64,000 bases of DNA, from positions 248,001 to 312,000 of the forward strand of contig OZ025728.1 in NCBI GenBank assembly GCA_964019335.1, in the 5' to 3' direction. This document shows, piece after piece, positions 62,317 through 64,000 of this stretch. A model generated the notes under the pieces. The model had not been told where the DNA came from. It worked only from the letters and a program-made list of their open reading frames with translations, and searched no databases. How positions within the stretch are numbered: the stretch's first letter is position 1; every line of letters starts with the position of its first letter. Source of the stretch: Diplonema japonicum (Eukaryota; Protista; Euglenozoa: Diplonemea). The translations under genes were made by a program, and so were the position numbers.

Positions 62317-63794
62317 TCAGCACCCCATGACCCACCCAGGAACGGGGTCATGCACCCCCAAGATGGGGTTGCCAACGCAGGACTGCTTGTTTAGCTGGAC
62401 ATAAGGGGCGCCATAGAAGCCTGTCGTCAGCCGCAGTTCGTTGATCAGCCGGTTCCAGTTGGACTTGTCAGTACCGATCCAATGGGTGCAGTGCAGCTCT
62501 TGGATGAGGAGGTTCACGAATGAGATCTGTTTTTTTTTTTTTCTTTTTTTTTTTTTTCAGATACCTCCCCCAACATCGATGGCCCGACCAGCATCGCGTA
62601 GTCCATTGGGGACCCAACGTTGCTTCTGTTGTTTTTCGTCCAGTGAAAGATCCAGCCTTCTTTTTCATAGTTCTTCGATTCCTCCAGCACACCAGGGTCC
62701 TCCGTCGATAGGAAGATGTGCCTCAAATCTGGCTCCTTTTCCCGCAGCTCGGCAGCCGCCTTGAGGTACTCCGGTAGCTCGATGAGTTTCATCTCTTTGT
62801 ACTTATCACCGTGGCGAACATGCATTCCTATCATTTTGTTAGGCACTCCATTGGGAAATGTTTCGTCGACCCATTTTTTGAATTTTTCTTGGAACCATGG
62901 TTGGGGCTGTCTGAGGAGGTATCTAACTGTCTGTGCCATCCACCATTGGTACCCGTACTGCCTCCACCGGAGCCTGGGGATCAACGACCATTTGTTCCCA
63001 ACATCGCCGGATTTTCGGAGCGGGTTCGAGACCGATCGGGGGCCTTCCTTCTTGATGGTCAACCGGGTGCTGGGCATCATTCTATTCGTCTTTCTGTTGA
63101 GGACCCATGGAGGCATGAGAACCGCACGGTCCCCTGCATCAGAAAGCTTGCAATTTGACGGGGGTATGAAGAAGCACTCCAGCGACGCGGGGTATCGATC
63201 CATTGCATACCACCATGTTTCAGATGTGTCGATAAGAAGAACACGTTCAGTCGCCATTGCATAACCTATCGCTTGCGCTAGTGTGTGTAAGTCAGCCCCC
63301 AAACCGGTATTCCACAGTCTCCACACAACGAAGCGCGTTGAGTTCGCTCTGCAGTCTTTCGGGTGCTGGTGTGCGTAAATAGCCTGTTGCACCTCCTCTG
63401 TCAACGGTAATAGTTTTTCGCTGTTCGGGTTTCGCACTCTGGACTTCCATGCGGAAGGGTAGTCGACAGCTCTTTTACCGTCAGGGAGGCATTTGTACGC
63501 GCGGTCCCGTTGCTTCACATTCACCAAGTACTCCGCGCGGGTGAACCTCAGGCGTTGTTTTTCCCACTCCTCGACCGTCCAACCTGTTTCGTTGCCTTTG
63601 TCTTCTTCTTCGGGGTCTTTGCCTGGGCTTATGAGGTCTTTTGGGTTTAAGAGGGGCGGAGGGTCGAAATAGTCAGCAGCGATGCTTGGTGCGTCTGCAT
63701 TCAGGAACGAGCTCTCCTCAGACGATGCGACGATGCTCCAAAAACAAAACACGGAAGCAGCTGCCATGATCGCGATTTTACTGTTTCGCTTCAT
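62317..63794 (-). CDS. GT23 / alpha-1,6-fucosyltransferase-like type II membrane protein; exons 62565-63794 and 62317-62526 (479 aa)
   Basis: HQHPKDC, GLGADLH, IGMHVRHGDK, IFLSTEDP, and after the intron HWIGTDKSNWNRLINELR. Confidence 0.85.
62527..62564 (-). other. 38-nt GT-AG intron (poly-A)
   Basis: GTATCTG-A(n)-G-A(n)-CAG; restores the third GT23 motif. Confidence 0.9.
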
Positions 63795-64000
63795 TTTTTT
63801 TTTGTCTTTTTTTCTTCTGTCGTTTTCCCCGCCCCTTCCCCCCCTTCCCGCTCTCCTCCTTTTTTTTTTATTTGTCTGAATTCTCGAAATAGGCAACAAA
63901 CAATAAACATAAAAACAAATACAAAAATTCAATTTGAGTGGGGGGGGGGATTCTTCTTCATAAATAAATAAAATAGAGGGGGTCTATTTCTTTTTTTTCC

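Noticed and set aside
1-64000. tRNA, rRNA genes or an alternative genetic code
   Set aside because: None recognised; long genes translate with the standard code and use TAA, TAG and TGA as stops.

Overview
Eukaryotic (protist) nuclear DNA, best matching a free-living euglenozoan such as a diplonemid. This is inferred from a trypanosomatid PGK-A-type insertion, trypanosomatid-type cyclase folds, an ingi-like retroposon and unidirectional gene packing, alongside many cis introns. Every credible host gene lies on the minus strand, with spacers as short as ~90-170 nt built from homopolymer tracts. Left part (1-27.1 kb): a retroelement-rich, rearranged region. It holds a decayed non-LTR retrotransposon, a ~330-bp tandem array, a ~300-bp SINE/SIDER-like family, an ankyrin gene plus a chimeric copy, a CCCH gene, a Naiad/Chlamys-type Penelope-like element with a Josephin-like domain and a precise internal inversion, and a 2404-aa degenerate NACHT-pentapeptide-WD40 (NLR-like) gene. 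Right part (27.5-64 kb): housekeeping-type genes (class-3 lipase, EAPP, pseudo-adenylate cyclase, PGK, TTC38, VIT1/CCC1, LRR, SGNH, PB1, GT23/FUT8-like). By reading through ORF breaks I reconstructed 11 GT-AG introns. Ten are 37-59 nt and most are filled with poly(A) rather than a polypyrimidine tract. Main highlights: (i) one intron is 33/34 identical to a 37-bp insertion flanked by a 17-bp target-site duplication 57 kb away, a candidate retroposon-type intron-generating element; (ii) a LINE family lacks poly(A) tails and sits in sense-strand T tracts; (iii) one such LINE can be spliced in frame to its host gene. All calls are by eye; no database searches were run.
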